From: Candidatus Lustribacter sp.
GTDB taxonomy: Bacteria; Vulcanimicrobiota; Vulcanimicrobiia; Vulcanimicrobiales; Vulcanimicrobiaceae
DNA: 64,000 nucleotides
Reading direction: 5' to 3'
Assembly (NCBI GenBank): GCA_965277805.1
Contig: OZ255842.1
Span: 3,904,001-3,968,000 of the forward strand
Program-made: the position numbers and the translations under genes
The notes under the pieces: model-generated
The model's database searches: none
Told to the model about the DNA's origin: nothing
What the model saw: only the letters and a program-made list of their open reading frames with translations
Shown here: positions 51,290 to 60,206 of the stretch, piece after piece
How positions within the stretch are numbered: position 1 is the stretch's first letter
Layout of the letters: the number at the start of each line of letters is the position of its first letter

Positions 51290-53166
51290 AGCGGTGCGGT
51301 CCTTTGCGCAGCCATCGTTTTGGGAGCGATGCGCGAGATGCCGTGCTGCGTCTTCTCCCAATAGAACGGCTTCGTGAAGAGTTGCCCGAGAGCTTTGTAC
51401 GCTGCGATCGAGTGCAGCAGCCAGTACAGCGGGTTGAGCAGCGCGTACGGCATCAGCGCGTAGTTCTTCCGCAGATAGATCGCAATCATGTTGAGGTAGA
51501 TGCCGAGAAAATTCCCGATCAGAAGATTCGCCAGTGCCAAGTAGAGCACCGCATCGGGAAAGAGCGGTTCGACGACGTGCGAGCGCGTTAACAGCCAGAA
51601 GACGAAGAGCGCCCACAGGGGCGGCGATGCGAGGAACGTCAGCGGCGTGCCGCCGATGAACAAGTTGAAGGCCAGAAAATTCTTCAGCCCGATCGTGCGG
51701 ATCAGCGCGACCGGGTGGCGCCAGTAGACGAGAAACGTCTGCATGTAGCCCTTGACCCACCGCGAACGCTGGCGAATCCAGTTGCCGAGGTCGGCGTTGG
51801 CCTCCTCGAACGTCGTCGAGTTGATGAAGCCAACGCGAAATTTTTCGGCCGACGCGCGAATCCCGAGATCGGCGTCCTCGGTCGTGTTGAACGGATCCCA
51901 GCCGCCGAGCGAGCGCAGCTTCGCCACATCGAAGTGGTTGCTCGTGCCGCCCAGTGGGATCGGTAAATTCAAGCGGTCGAGCCCGGGAATGAGGTAGTCG
52001 AACCAATACGAGTATTCGAGGGTGAACATCCGCGTGAGCACGTTCTCGGTAACGTTGAAGTAGTTGAGCGCCGCTTGAAAGCACACGTAATTGGACGGGC
52101 TCTTGCGAAACGCGCAGACCGCCATCTTGAGCTGCGAGGCCTCGGGAATGTCTTCCGCATCATAGATCACGAGATACTCGCCGCGCGCGAACGTCAGGCC
52201 GTAGTTGCAGGCCTTCGGTTTGGTGCGCGGCTGCCGATTGGGCACGACGATGAAACGCCAGTTGGCCGGGGGCCGCGCGTCCTTGGCGGCCTGGAGCGTC
52301 GCGACGTCGTCTTCTTCGAGCAGCAGCATCACATCGAGCTTGTGCTGCGGGTAATCGAGATTCTTGAGCCCGGCGATGAGCTGGCCGACCACTTCAGGTT
52401 CTTTGTAGACCGGAACCAGCACGGTATACACCGGCAGATCCTCGTCGCGCAGCGCCGCGATATCACCGGCCGAAATCGGCTGCGTAATCTCGTTCTGAGC
52501 GCCGGCGATGCTCAGCGCGACCTTGAACGCAACGCTGGCGAGAAAGAAAACCTGCAGCACGCCGATGATCGCAATCAGGAGCGACCGGACGTCGAAGTAC
52601 GCCCAGGCGACGAGCGCGAAGAGGATCGCGCCCAGCACGACGATCTGCGGGATCGTCAGTACGCGCCGCGCACTCTGTTCGGGGTTGCGGTAGAAGTTGC
52701 TCATCACCGCGCCCTCGATCATCGTGTCGCGAAACGTGCGCGATGCGACGAGGGTGAGGTCGAGATCGCTGATCAGCAACTCGGCGATGGTTGCGGCGCC
52801 GAACCGGTCGCGCGCGAAGGCGTGCGCGATTTCATCCCGCGGATGTGAGGTCGCGATGACGAGAAGCTCGCCGTCGAACGAGAACGGCATGAACTCGTAG
52901 CGGATCACTTCCTCGTACGTCATCTTGCCGATCAGCTCGATGTCGACGTTCGTGCGAAGCCGTTCGATGTCGAGCACCAGCGGCAGACCGTAATGTTCGG
53001 CCAGGGTTTCGTAGAGCATGCGGCGCGTGACGACGCCCATCGAGGCGAGGACCCAGCTCAATTCGCCGCCGCTCTGCGCCTGGATCGACCGCGCCGCCAG
53101 GACCGTTTCGGGCGGCACCTGGGCAGCTTCGATCAACTGCGCCGAAAGGGCATCGATCTCGATCAC
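51286..53166 (-). CDS. Processive GT2 glycosyltransferase with an N-terminal MshEN/GSPII_N-like domain
   Basis: VLVPVYKE, TKPKACN, YDAED, GGTSNHF, TEDADLG and RQRSRWVKG, with TM helices on both sides. The N-terminus has MshEN-like spacing ending LAEHYGLP. Confidence 0.9.
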   Translation of the reverse strand: MIEIDALSAQLIEAAQVPPETVLAARSIQAQSGGELSWVLASMGVVTRRMLYETLAEHYGLPLVLDIERLRTNVDIELIGKMTYEEVIRYEFMPFSFDGELLVIATSHPRDEIAHAFARDRFGAATIAELLISDLDLTLVASRTFRDTMIEGAVMSNFYRNPEQSARRVLTIPQIVVLGAILFALVAWAYFDVRSLLIAIIGVLQVFFLASVAFKVALSIAGAQNEITQPISAGDIAALRDEDLPVYTVLVPVYKEPEVVGQLIAGLKNLDYPQHKLDVMLLLEEDDVATLQAAKDARPPANWRFIVVPNRQPRTKPKACNYGLTFARGEYLVIYDAEDIPEASQLKMAVCAFRKSPSNYVCFQAALNYFNVTENVLTRMFTLEYSYWFDYLIPGLDRLNLPIPLGGTSNHFDVAKLRSLGGWDPFNTTEDADLGIRASAEKFRVGFINSTTFEEANADLGNWIRQRSRWVKGYMQTFLVYWRHPVALIRTIGLKNFLAFNLFIGGTPLTFLASPPLWALFVFWLLTRSHVVEPLFPDAVLYLALANLLIGNFLGIYLNMIAIYLRKNYALMPYALLNPLYWLLHSIAAYKALGQLFTKPFYWEKTQHGISRIAPKTMAAQRTAPL

Positions 53167-54941
53167 GTGCTGATCCTTCCCGTGAGCCTGCGCGCGCAAT
53201 ACAAGCCACCCAACACGATGCTCGCTAAGAGCACGAGCGCGACCGCGAGGCGGATGCGCGACCAAATCGCGGCTGCGGTGAGATCGCCCGGATAGCGCAT
53301 GCGCAATTTCTCACCGACATCGTACGTCGTGACGCCGCGCTCGTCGACGATGGAAACGTTCGCGACCTGCGTGGTGAGCTGTGCGGCGCTCACGCCTTCG
53401 AGCAACGCGATGCTCGCCGGCGCACCGTGATAGGTGACGGCGAGCAACGGCGTGCCTGCCGCCTCGCCGAGCTGCAACAGGCCGACGTTCGTATCGGCAA
53501 CGGCGCCGAACACGGTCGCTCCGTCGGTTGGATTGACGGCCGCAAAGACCGGTTCGGCGGCGTTCACCGCGAGATGCTCGCCCGCGAGCGCGCTCGGGGC
53601 CGCAAACACGATGGCATAGTTGTATCCGGCCGGAACGGCGGCGGAATACGGCCGGACGTCGAGCTGCGCGATCGCAGCGTTCATTTTGCCGATTTCGCCC
53701 ATGATGTGGAAGGCCGCAGGTGTGAAACCGGGGCCCACCAGCACGATGACACGTCCGCTGAGCGCCGTGATGAACGACTCGATCGAAGCCGGCCGGCGGT
53801 CGACATCGCTCCACGAAAACGATGACGAATCGAGCAGCGACGCCGTGAGCGGGGCGGCGCCCGCGCAGGCCGCGGGCGGGATCTCGGTGGCAACGAGCAC
53901 GCGCACGTTGTTCGACGGCCCGACGATCGACTGCGGGACGGCGACGTCGAATGACTGCGTCACCCCATCGCTGCTGAGGGCGCGCGCGCCGGCGAGTACG
54001 CCGTTGACGAGCACCTGCAGCGTGCCGTTCGCCCCGGGAGGCAAGGTCGAATGCGCGACGGAGACGTGGACCGCCAGATGATGCGGCACCCCGCCCGTAA
54101 TGCTGCCGGCCAGCGGAACGTCGAACGCAATGTCACCGCGACCGCCGGCCGACCCCAGATGCTGGCGCAGATCACCGAAGTTCACGCTCGCGCTGCGGCG
54201 TTCGGGTGACTCCCCTTGGGGTGAGGGCAGCGCGGCGAGCGCCTCCGGCGACAAGCGCAAGACGTCGCCGTTTCGCGAGGTGCGGCCGCCGGTCGCGAGC
54301 ACGAGCGCGCGACCCGTCCGCGGCGGCTCGGCCACGAGCGTCGCATCCACGCGGTGCCACGGCTCGAGGCGGTCGATGCGGTACGGTACCGCGGCGAGCT
54401 CCGGATCGCCGCTCCCGCTCACCGCGACGCGGCTGCGATAGTCACGGAAAAATGCTTCCGCCGTGCCGCCGTCGACCGTTCGCACGGCGAGCGCGCTATC
54501 TCGCCCGACGCGCAGAAAAAGCTTGCGTGACGACCCGCTCGCGCACGGATTGCCGGCCGCCCGCAGAGCGCCCGAAACGGTGATCGAGAAGAGTCGCGCA
54601 CCGGCAGGCGGTACGGGCAACGGAATGGTGAGACGCGCGTCGCGTCCGATCTCCCGGAGCGTTCGCGTGTAGTCCGTGACCCCGTTGACCGCGACCGAAA
54701 TCGTGCTCGACGGATCGGCGTCCTCGGAGACATGCAGTTCCAAGTGCAACGCAGCCGCCTGCAACGATGCGTAACGCGGCAGATCGAACGTGACGCTCGG
54801 CGCAACGCCGGCGACCGTCACGCCGTCGGTGTACCCGAGCGTCGTGAGCGGGATGTCCACCCCGGCGGCGGCTGCCGGAAGCGCGGCACTCGCGACGATC
54901 GCGGCGGCGGCGAGCGCGGCGAAAACGCGCACGGCGTTCAC
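53163..54941 (-). CDS. BcsB-like periplasmic synthase accessory subunit
   Basis: Signal peptide, two repeated units (IPLTTLG...SSTISVAVNG and VNFGDL...GTLQVLVNG) and a single C-terminal TM helix. Coupled to the GT2 gene. Confidence 0.68.
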   Translation of the reverse strand: MNAVRVFAALAAAAIVASAALPAAAAGVDIPLTTLGYTDGVTVAGVAPSVTFDLPRYASLQAAALHLELHVSEDADPSSTISVAVNGVTDYTRTLREIGRDARLTIPLPVPPAGARLFSITVSGALRAAGNPCASGSSRKLFLRVGRDSALAVRTVDGGTAEAFFRDYRSRVAVSGSGDPELAAVPYRIDRLEPWHRVDATLVAEPPRTGRALVLATGGRTSRNGDVLRLSPEALAALPSPQGESPERRSASVNFGDLRQHLGSAGGRGDIAFDVPLAGSITGGVPHHLAVHVSVAHSTLPPGANGTLQVLVNGVLAGARALSSDGVTQSFDVAVPQSIVGPSNNVRVLVATEIPPAACAGAAPLTASLLDSSSFSWSDVDRRPASIESFITALSGRVIVLVGPGFTPAAFHIMGEIGKMNAAIAQLDVRPYSAAVPAGYNYAIVFAAPSALAGEHLAVNAAEPVFAAVNPTDGATVFGAVADTNVGLLQLGEAAGTPLLAVTYHGAPASIALLEGVSAAQLTTQVANVSIVDERGVTTYDVGEKLRMRYPGDLTAAAIWSRIRLAVALVLLASIVLGGLYCARRLTGRIST

Positions 54942-56425
54942 AGAGCACCATCGCGTTCGAACACGATGTAGTCGAGCTGCCGGAAGACTTCGTGGAAGCG
55001 CGGCAGACGGCCGAACTCCGCCCCGGCATAGAGCGCGTAGATCGTGTCGTCGGGGCGCCGCGCGATGACCACGAAACGCACGAACGCGGACGGGTTGGAG
55101 AGCGCACTTGCGTACTCGTATTGGTACGGCAGTATGAAACGCCCCGGCGAACCGAGCGTGTAGACGAGCGGGTAGAGTAGGGCATCGTCGATGAGGATTG
55201 GGCCGTCGGATCCAAGTTTGGTGGCGAGTTCACGGAACGGCACGAGGTTCGCGTCGCCCGTACTGCGCCCGATCAGCGCGTTGCCGAAACCCCGCTCGTC
55301 GGCACTCGGTGAGACGAACGGTGCGAAAAACGACGCGACGAGGCTCAGCACGAGCGTTATCGTCAGCCACCGCGTCGGCTTGATCGCGTCGAGTGAAAAC
55401 AGCAGCACCAGCACGAACAGCGCCAGCAGCGTGATCGTCTCACGATACAGGCCGCCGAAAATCGCGGCGAGCATGAAGACGACGGGGCTCAGGTACACGA
55501 CGGTCGCCGGGAGCGCATAGGCGAATCGGCCGCCGCGCAAGGTGACCACGCCGACGAAATACGGCAACGTGACGGGTATCGAAAGCAGCAGGGTTCCGGC
55601 TGCGAGGCGCAACGTTTGCAGCGGATCGCCGGCAGCCGACAAAAGTTCCGGCGTCACCGGGAACGTCCGGAAGAACGAGCCGCGGCCGTGCGCGTATGCC
55701 AGGGGATCGCCGAGGAAGACCCAGTTGACGTACGACCACGCCGCAGCGAAGAAGACCGTCGGCACGGCGAGCGTCAAGGCAACGCTGATCGCCTGCGCGC
55801 GCGACTTCCGCCAGAGCGGAATCGCCGCCGCCGGCACGATGGCGATCAAAAGCGCAGCGCTGCGAAAATCGACGAAGAAGGTCAGGCCGAGCAGCGTGCT
55901 GCCGGCAAAGAGATAGAGCGAGTAATCATCGCGCAAGAAGCGGATGATGAAGTGCACGCTTGCGGCCAGAAGCAACGCGAGAATCAGCGTGCTGAAATCC
56001 TCCACCGTGAGGTAGAGAAAAATCGGCGATGCGAGCACGTAGGCCTGGGCAGTGTAACCGAGCAGGCGATCGGAGATCGACGTACGCAGGTACGCGAGAA
56101 TTCCGGTTACCGCGATCCCGGAAATGACGGCTTGACCGACCAACGGGGTCGGAAAGAGCAATTGGAGCAAAAAGGTCAGCGGCGGATAGATGAAGCCGAC
56201 GTTGACGAGTCGCGGCGGCAGCCCATGGAGCGCGAGCGCTCCCTTTTCGGCGAAAAAGACGAGGCTGGAGCTGAGAAAGCCCGCACGCTCGAGCACCGTG
56301 ACGGCCAGGAAGTAGGCGATGGATAACAGCGCAGCCACGAGGACGAACGCCCCCAGGCGCACACCTCGCCCGGATATCTGATCGCGCACCCGTGCAGCAT
56401 AGCCGAGTCGCGAGCGAGCGTCCAT
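54938..56425 (-). CDS. Multi-pass membrane protein, GT-C/PMT-like or polysaccharide-processing
   Basis: About 11-12 hydrophobic segments. GFIYPPL loop, NWVFLGDPL and a soluble C-terminus with ILIDD. Confidence 0.6.
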   Translation of the reverse strand: MDARSRLGYAARVRDQISGRGVRLGAFVLVAALLSIAYFLAVTVLERAGFLSSSLVFFAEKGALALHGLPPRLVNVGFIYPPLTFLLQLLFPTPLVGQAVISGIAVTGILAYLRTSISDRLLGYTAQAYVLASPIFLYLTVEDFSTLILALLLAASVHFIIRFLRDDYSLYLFAGSTLLGLTFFVDFRSAALLIAIVPAAAIPLWRKSRAQAISVALTLAVPTVFFAAAWSYVNWVFLGDPLAYAHGRGSFFRTFPVTPELLSAAGDPLQTLRLAAGTLLLSIPVTLPYFVGVVTLRGGRFAYALPATVVYLSPVVFMLAAIFGGLYRETITLLALFVLVLLFSLDAIKPTRWLTITLVLSLVASFFAPFVSPSADERGFGNALIGRSTGDANLVPFRELATKLGSDGPILIDDALLYPLVYTLGSPGRFILPYQYEYASALSNPSAFVRFVVIARRPDDTIYALYAGAEFGRLPRFHEVFRQLDYIVFERDGAL

Positions 56426-56517
56426 GCAAGAAGGTAAAGATCGGAGCCAAATCCCGCTTCGTGTCCGGAATCGGGGCGACAGACCGCGTGCAAACGCCTA
56501 TACTTGACCGCGTTGTG

Positions 56518-57333
56518 ATGTCTTCGATGCTTCGCCTGCCCGCGATTGCCTTGGCAGCTGCATGTCTTGGGTTCGCCCCGCAAGCGGCACGCGCCGACGA
56601 TCCGCCGACGTTCGTGTCGATCGGACCGCTCTACTACAACTCGACGACGTATATCGATAAGAGCGGCCGGGTCCAGCCATCCGGCTGCGATTTCCAAAAA
56701 ACCGGGGAAAGCATCTACGCGCAGCAGCGGCTGAGCGCGGCGGATTCGCTTCGTTTGAGCACGGAATACGACGACGTTCGCTGCGGAGGTCCGGCGACGC
56801 AGGGCCTGACCGACGTCGAAGTCGATTATTTGCACGGCGTGAGCGGAGCAACGCATGCGACGCAGTTCAGCGTCGAGGGTTCGCTGGTCATACCCGCCGG
56901 TTACTCGATCGCGGCGAATCCGCGATTGGGCTTGGGCCGTCCCGCGGCCGAACTCGGCGCGGTGTATTACGCCACGTTCAAAGCGGGTTCAAATTACGGT
57001 TACGTCACGTCGGGCATCAACGTGCGCGGATATACGGGGTACCCGGCGCCGCAATTGCTGACGAACGTCACGGTCGGCTTGAATCTTTCGAGCCGTCTGC
57101 TCGTGTATGAATCCTTCTACGGAACGACCCACCTCGGTGCCGGCGGCACACTCACCAACATCGGGCTGAATCCAACGGTGAATGCAAGTTACGATGCGTA
57201 TCAGCTTGCGGAGAACGTGGCCTTTGCGCTCACGCCGCACACCTCGTTGGCGTTGACCTACCAGTCGCTCGTCGGCGGCTGGAACACGGGCATCGGATCG
57301 ACGCTGCAAGCGGGGGTATGGCTGCGCTTCTAG
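56518..57333 (+). CDS. Putative outer-membrane beta-barrel protein
   Basis: Signal peptide ending ARA, amphipathic Tyr/Gly/Thr-rich strands, and C-terminal LQAGVWLRF beta-signal. Confidence 0.65.
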   Translation: MSSMLRLPAIALAAACLGFAPQAARADDPPTFVSIGPLYYNSTTYIDKSGRVQPSGCDFQKTGESIYAQQRLSAADSLRLSTEYDDVRCGGPATQGLTDVEVDYLHGVSGATHATQFSVEGSLVIPAGYSIAANPRLGLGRPAAELGAVYYATFKAGSNYGYVTSGINVRGYTGYPAPQLLTNVTVGLNLSSRLLVYESFYGTTHLGAGGTLTNIGLNPTVNASYDAYQLAENVAFALTPHTSLALTYQSLVGGWNTGIGSTLQAGVWLRF

Positions 57334-58352
57334 CACGCGCACTGCTCTGCGCGTTTGCTCTCGTGTTCGCCGGAGCGGTCGCGCGCGCAGATCCCCTCGA
57401 ACGCGCCTACACCAATGCCGTGCGCAAGATGGCGCACGGCGCCGGCGTCGCGCGCCCCGACGGCTATACGTGGGCATACGATTCGGCCCAGCTGCTGCGC
57501 TTCGCCGCCGTCGACCGCGATCTGACCCGCTACCTCGAATTGCGCGGCGCGATCGTCAAGCGCTTCGTGCTCGCCGATCCGGCCGATGCCGAGGCGCGTG
57601 ACGACGTCGCTTGGCGCGTGCGTGACGGCGCGTTTCCCGAGGCGAGCGGCACGACCGAGGCACTAGCGTTGGCCGATGCGCTCATCGTGGGCGCGAACGC
57701 TTTTAATCGCGAGGACGATCGCACGCTTGCCCGCAGCATCGCGGGCGCCTACATGCGCCACGCCACGACCGAGGGCGGGGTGTGGTTCATCCGCAACTAC
57801 TACAATTTTTCCACGCACGCGTACGCCAATAATTCGTTTCTCGTCGACTATTTGCCCGACGTTCTCGCGCGAGCGGGAGAAACCGACGGCGCGGAGCGCT
57901 CGGACGCGCTGCTCGATCGCGCGATGGGCCCGGCGGGCCTTTTCTACGAACTGGTTCAACCCGAGATCGACACCGCATTTCCCGGTGCAGGTTTGGCTTT
58001 TTTCTCACCCAACGCCGTTTCATCGATCACGAACGCGTGCAATTTGGCGCTCTATGCAACACAGGGGCGGCCGGCGCTCGCGCGACGCGTCCTCGCCTTC
58101 GGGGTCGCGCGAGCGAACGATCTCAAACGATTCTACGATGTTCGCACGGGCGTGCCGCGCAGCGGCGAGAACGCCGGAACGCCGGCCTACGCATGCCTCA
58201 CCCGGCTCGCCGTTCGCTTGGGTGATGAGCGTGCGCGCCGCAAGCTCGAACCCAATCTGCGGGCCAACGCCGCGACCCAGCTCGCCAACGGGACCGCGGG
58301 CCCGGATACGGCGACGGCGGTCGTGTTCGCGTTACGCGGCAGCGACCGCTAA
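57318..58352 (+). CDS. Exported six-hairpin / GH8-like glycoside hydrolase
   Basis: Signal peptide. VAWR...ASGTTEALALADAL...LARSI parallels the GH8 AWR...ATD(G/A)DxxIAxAL pattern. Confidence 0.5.
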   Translation: MAALLARALLCAFALVFAGAVARADPLERAYTNAVRKMAHGAGVARPDGYTWAYDSAQLLRFAAVDRDLTRYLELRGAIVKRFVLADPADAEARDDVAWRVRDGAFPEASGTTEALALADALIVGANAFNREDDRTLARSIAGAYMRHATTEGGVWFIRNYYNFSTHAYANNSFLVDYLPDVLARAGETDGAERSDALLDRAMGPAGLFYELVQPEIDTAFPGAGLAFFSPNAVSSITNACNLALYATQGRPALARRVLAFGVARANDLKRFYDVRTGVPRSGENAGTPAYACLTRLAVRLGDERARRKLEPNLRANAATQLANGTAGPDTATAVVFALRGSDR

Positions 58353-59272
58353 ACCAGAACGGCGCGGCCGAGCGCGGCCTGCAGCAGCCGGTCGATGAGC
58401 GCTTCGAACGAGATTCCGGCGGCTTTCGCCTCGTCCGGCAAAAGCGAGAGCGGCGTCAACCCGGGCAGCGCGTTGATCTCGAGGATGTACGGGCGGCCTT
58501 CTTTGGTCACGATGAAATCGGTGCGCGAGTAGTCGCGCAAGCCCAGCATACGATGGACGGAGAGCGCGAGCATCTGCAAGCGCGCGGTCAGATCGCCGTC
58601 GATCGGCGCAGGCACCAGATGGCGCGAACCGCCGGGCTTGTATTTCGCGTCGTAGGAATAGAACTCGTCGCTCGCGATGATCTCGACCAGCGGCAGCGCT
58701 TCTTCACCCAGCACGCCGCTCGAAAACTCGCGGCCCGGTATGAATTCTTCGACCACGATCTGGGTCGTGCGCGGCGCGACGCCGATCATCGCTTTGGTCC
58801 ACTCTTCGTGCGTGCGCACGATCGACACGCCGGCGCTCGAACCGCTGGCGCGCGGCTTAACGACGAGCGGCAAATTCAGCGAACCCGGCAACAGCGGCAA
58901 CGTGCCGCCGGCAAGATCGAACGTGTCCCAGGCGGGCGTCGGCAGGCCTTCGGCGGCCAGCAATTTTTTGGTGAGGTGCTTGTCCATCGCGAGCGCGCAG
59001 CTGGTGAGATCGCTGCCCGTGTACGGAATGCCGAGCCACTCGAGCACGCCTTGAATCGTGCCGTCTTCGCCGCCCGTTCCGTGCAGCGCGTTGAACACGA
59101 CGTCGGGACGGATGTCGCGCAGCGCATCGACGAAGCGGCCGTCGAAATCGAGCGACTGCGCTTCGTGACCGAGCGTGGCCAGCGCCCGCATCACGGCTTG
59201 TCCGCTTTCGATCGAAACCTCGCGCTCGGCGCTGGGGCCACCCATGACGACCGCGACCCGTACGTTAGACAT
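58349..59272 (-). CDS. ddl: D-alanine--D-alanine ligase
   Basis: GGPSAEREVS, LHGTGGEDG, GSSAG, YDAKY and LEINALPG. Confidence 0.97.
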   Translation of the reverse strand: MSNVRVAVVMGGPSAEREVSIESGQAVMRALATLGHEAQSLDFDGRFVDALRDIRPDVVFNALHGTGGEDGTIQGVLEWLGIPYTGSDLTSCALAMDKHLTKKLLAAEGLPTPAWDTFDLAGGTLPLLPGSLNLPLVVKPRASGSSAGVSIVRTHEEWTKAMIGVAPRTTQIVVEEFIPGREFSSGVLGEEALPLVEIIASDEFYSYDAKYKPGGSRHLVPAPIDGDLTARLQMLALSVHRMLGLRDYSRTDFIVTKEGRPYILEINALPGLTPLSLLPDEAKAAGISFEALIDRLLQAALGRAVLV

Positions 59273-60206
59273 CCGCTACGAACTCCCCGACGAGGTGAAC
59301 TTCGAGGTGGAGGTCGATGCCGAACTCCGCATCGACCGCGCGATGAACGCGGGCGAGCAGCGAGCTGACATCGAGGGCCTTCGCGCCGCCGACGTTGATG
59401 ATGAAGTTAGCGTGAAGCTGGGAGACTTCCGCCCCGCCCGACCGCCAGCCCTTGGCGCCCACGGCTTCGATGAGGCGCCCGGCCCGGTCACCGGGCGGAT
59501 TGCGAAAGCACGAACCGGCGTTGGGCACGGCCACCGGCTGCGTGGCCTTGCGCCGCACGAGCCGGTCCTGGGTGCGGGCCCGCACGGCGGCCGGGTCAGC
59601 GCATGGAAAGGCCAGCGTCACTTCGGACACGATCGCCTCGCGCGCCAGCGTGGTCTGGCGATACGAAAATCCCACCCACTGCGGCGCCGGCTGCGGGTGG
59701 GTTGGGGTCTGGATCCGCACCTCGCGCACGAACTCGCCGATCTCGCGGTCGGTGCCGGCGTTCATGCGCACGGCACCACCCACGCTGGCCGGGATTCCCG
59801 CCAGACCGTCGACGCCGTCCGCGCCGAGCGAGGCGGCTTGCGCCACGAGCTGCGGCAGCGACGCGCTCGCGCCGGCGCGCGCCACGACCATGCCGTCTTC
59901 AACGCGCACGTCGAGCGCATCGTACTCGCCGCCCAGCTGCACGACGAGACCGCGCATGCCGCCGTCGCCGACGAGCAGATTCGAGCCCGCACCCAAGACG
60001 AAGCACGGCAGCTTGTGGCGGAAACACCACTGCAGCACGAACGCGACGTCATCGGTCGTGTTCGCCGCGATCGTGGCGTCGGCCGGTCCGCCGATCTTCC
60101 ACCACGTCGCCGGCGCCAGCGGGGCATCGAAGCGCACGCGCTCGTCGAACCGCTCCGTCAACGCCGCGCGGTCGTCATCGGCGAGCAGCGTGGCGCTAGC
60201 GTTCAT
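59265..60206 (-). CDS. murB: UDP-N-acetylenolpyruvoylglucosamine reductase
   Basis: KIGGPA, GAGSNLLV, GGAVRMNAG, GSCFRNP and HANFIIN. Confidence 0.96.
   Translation of the reverse strand: MNASATLLADDDRAALTERFDERVRFDAPLAPATWWKIGGPADATIAANTTDDVAFVLQWCFRHKLPCFVLGAGSNLLVGDGGMRGLVVQLGGEYDALDVRVEDGMVVARAGASASLPQLVAQAASLGADGVDGLAGIPASVGGAVRMNAGTDREIGEFVREVRIQTPTHPQPAPQWVGFSYRQTTLAREAIVSEVTLAFPCADPAAVRARTQDRLVRRKATQPVAVPNAGSCFRNPPGDRAGRLIEAVGAKGWRSGGAEVSQLHANFIINVGGAKALDVSSLLARVHRAVDAEFGIDLHLEVHLVGEFVADV

Noticed and set aside
58349-59272. dcw cluster ending at ddl without ftsQ/ftsA/ftsZ as evidence of gene loss
   Set aside because: Split dcw clusters are common, and absence from this window says nothing about the genome.
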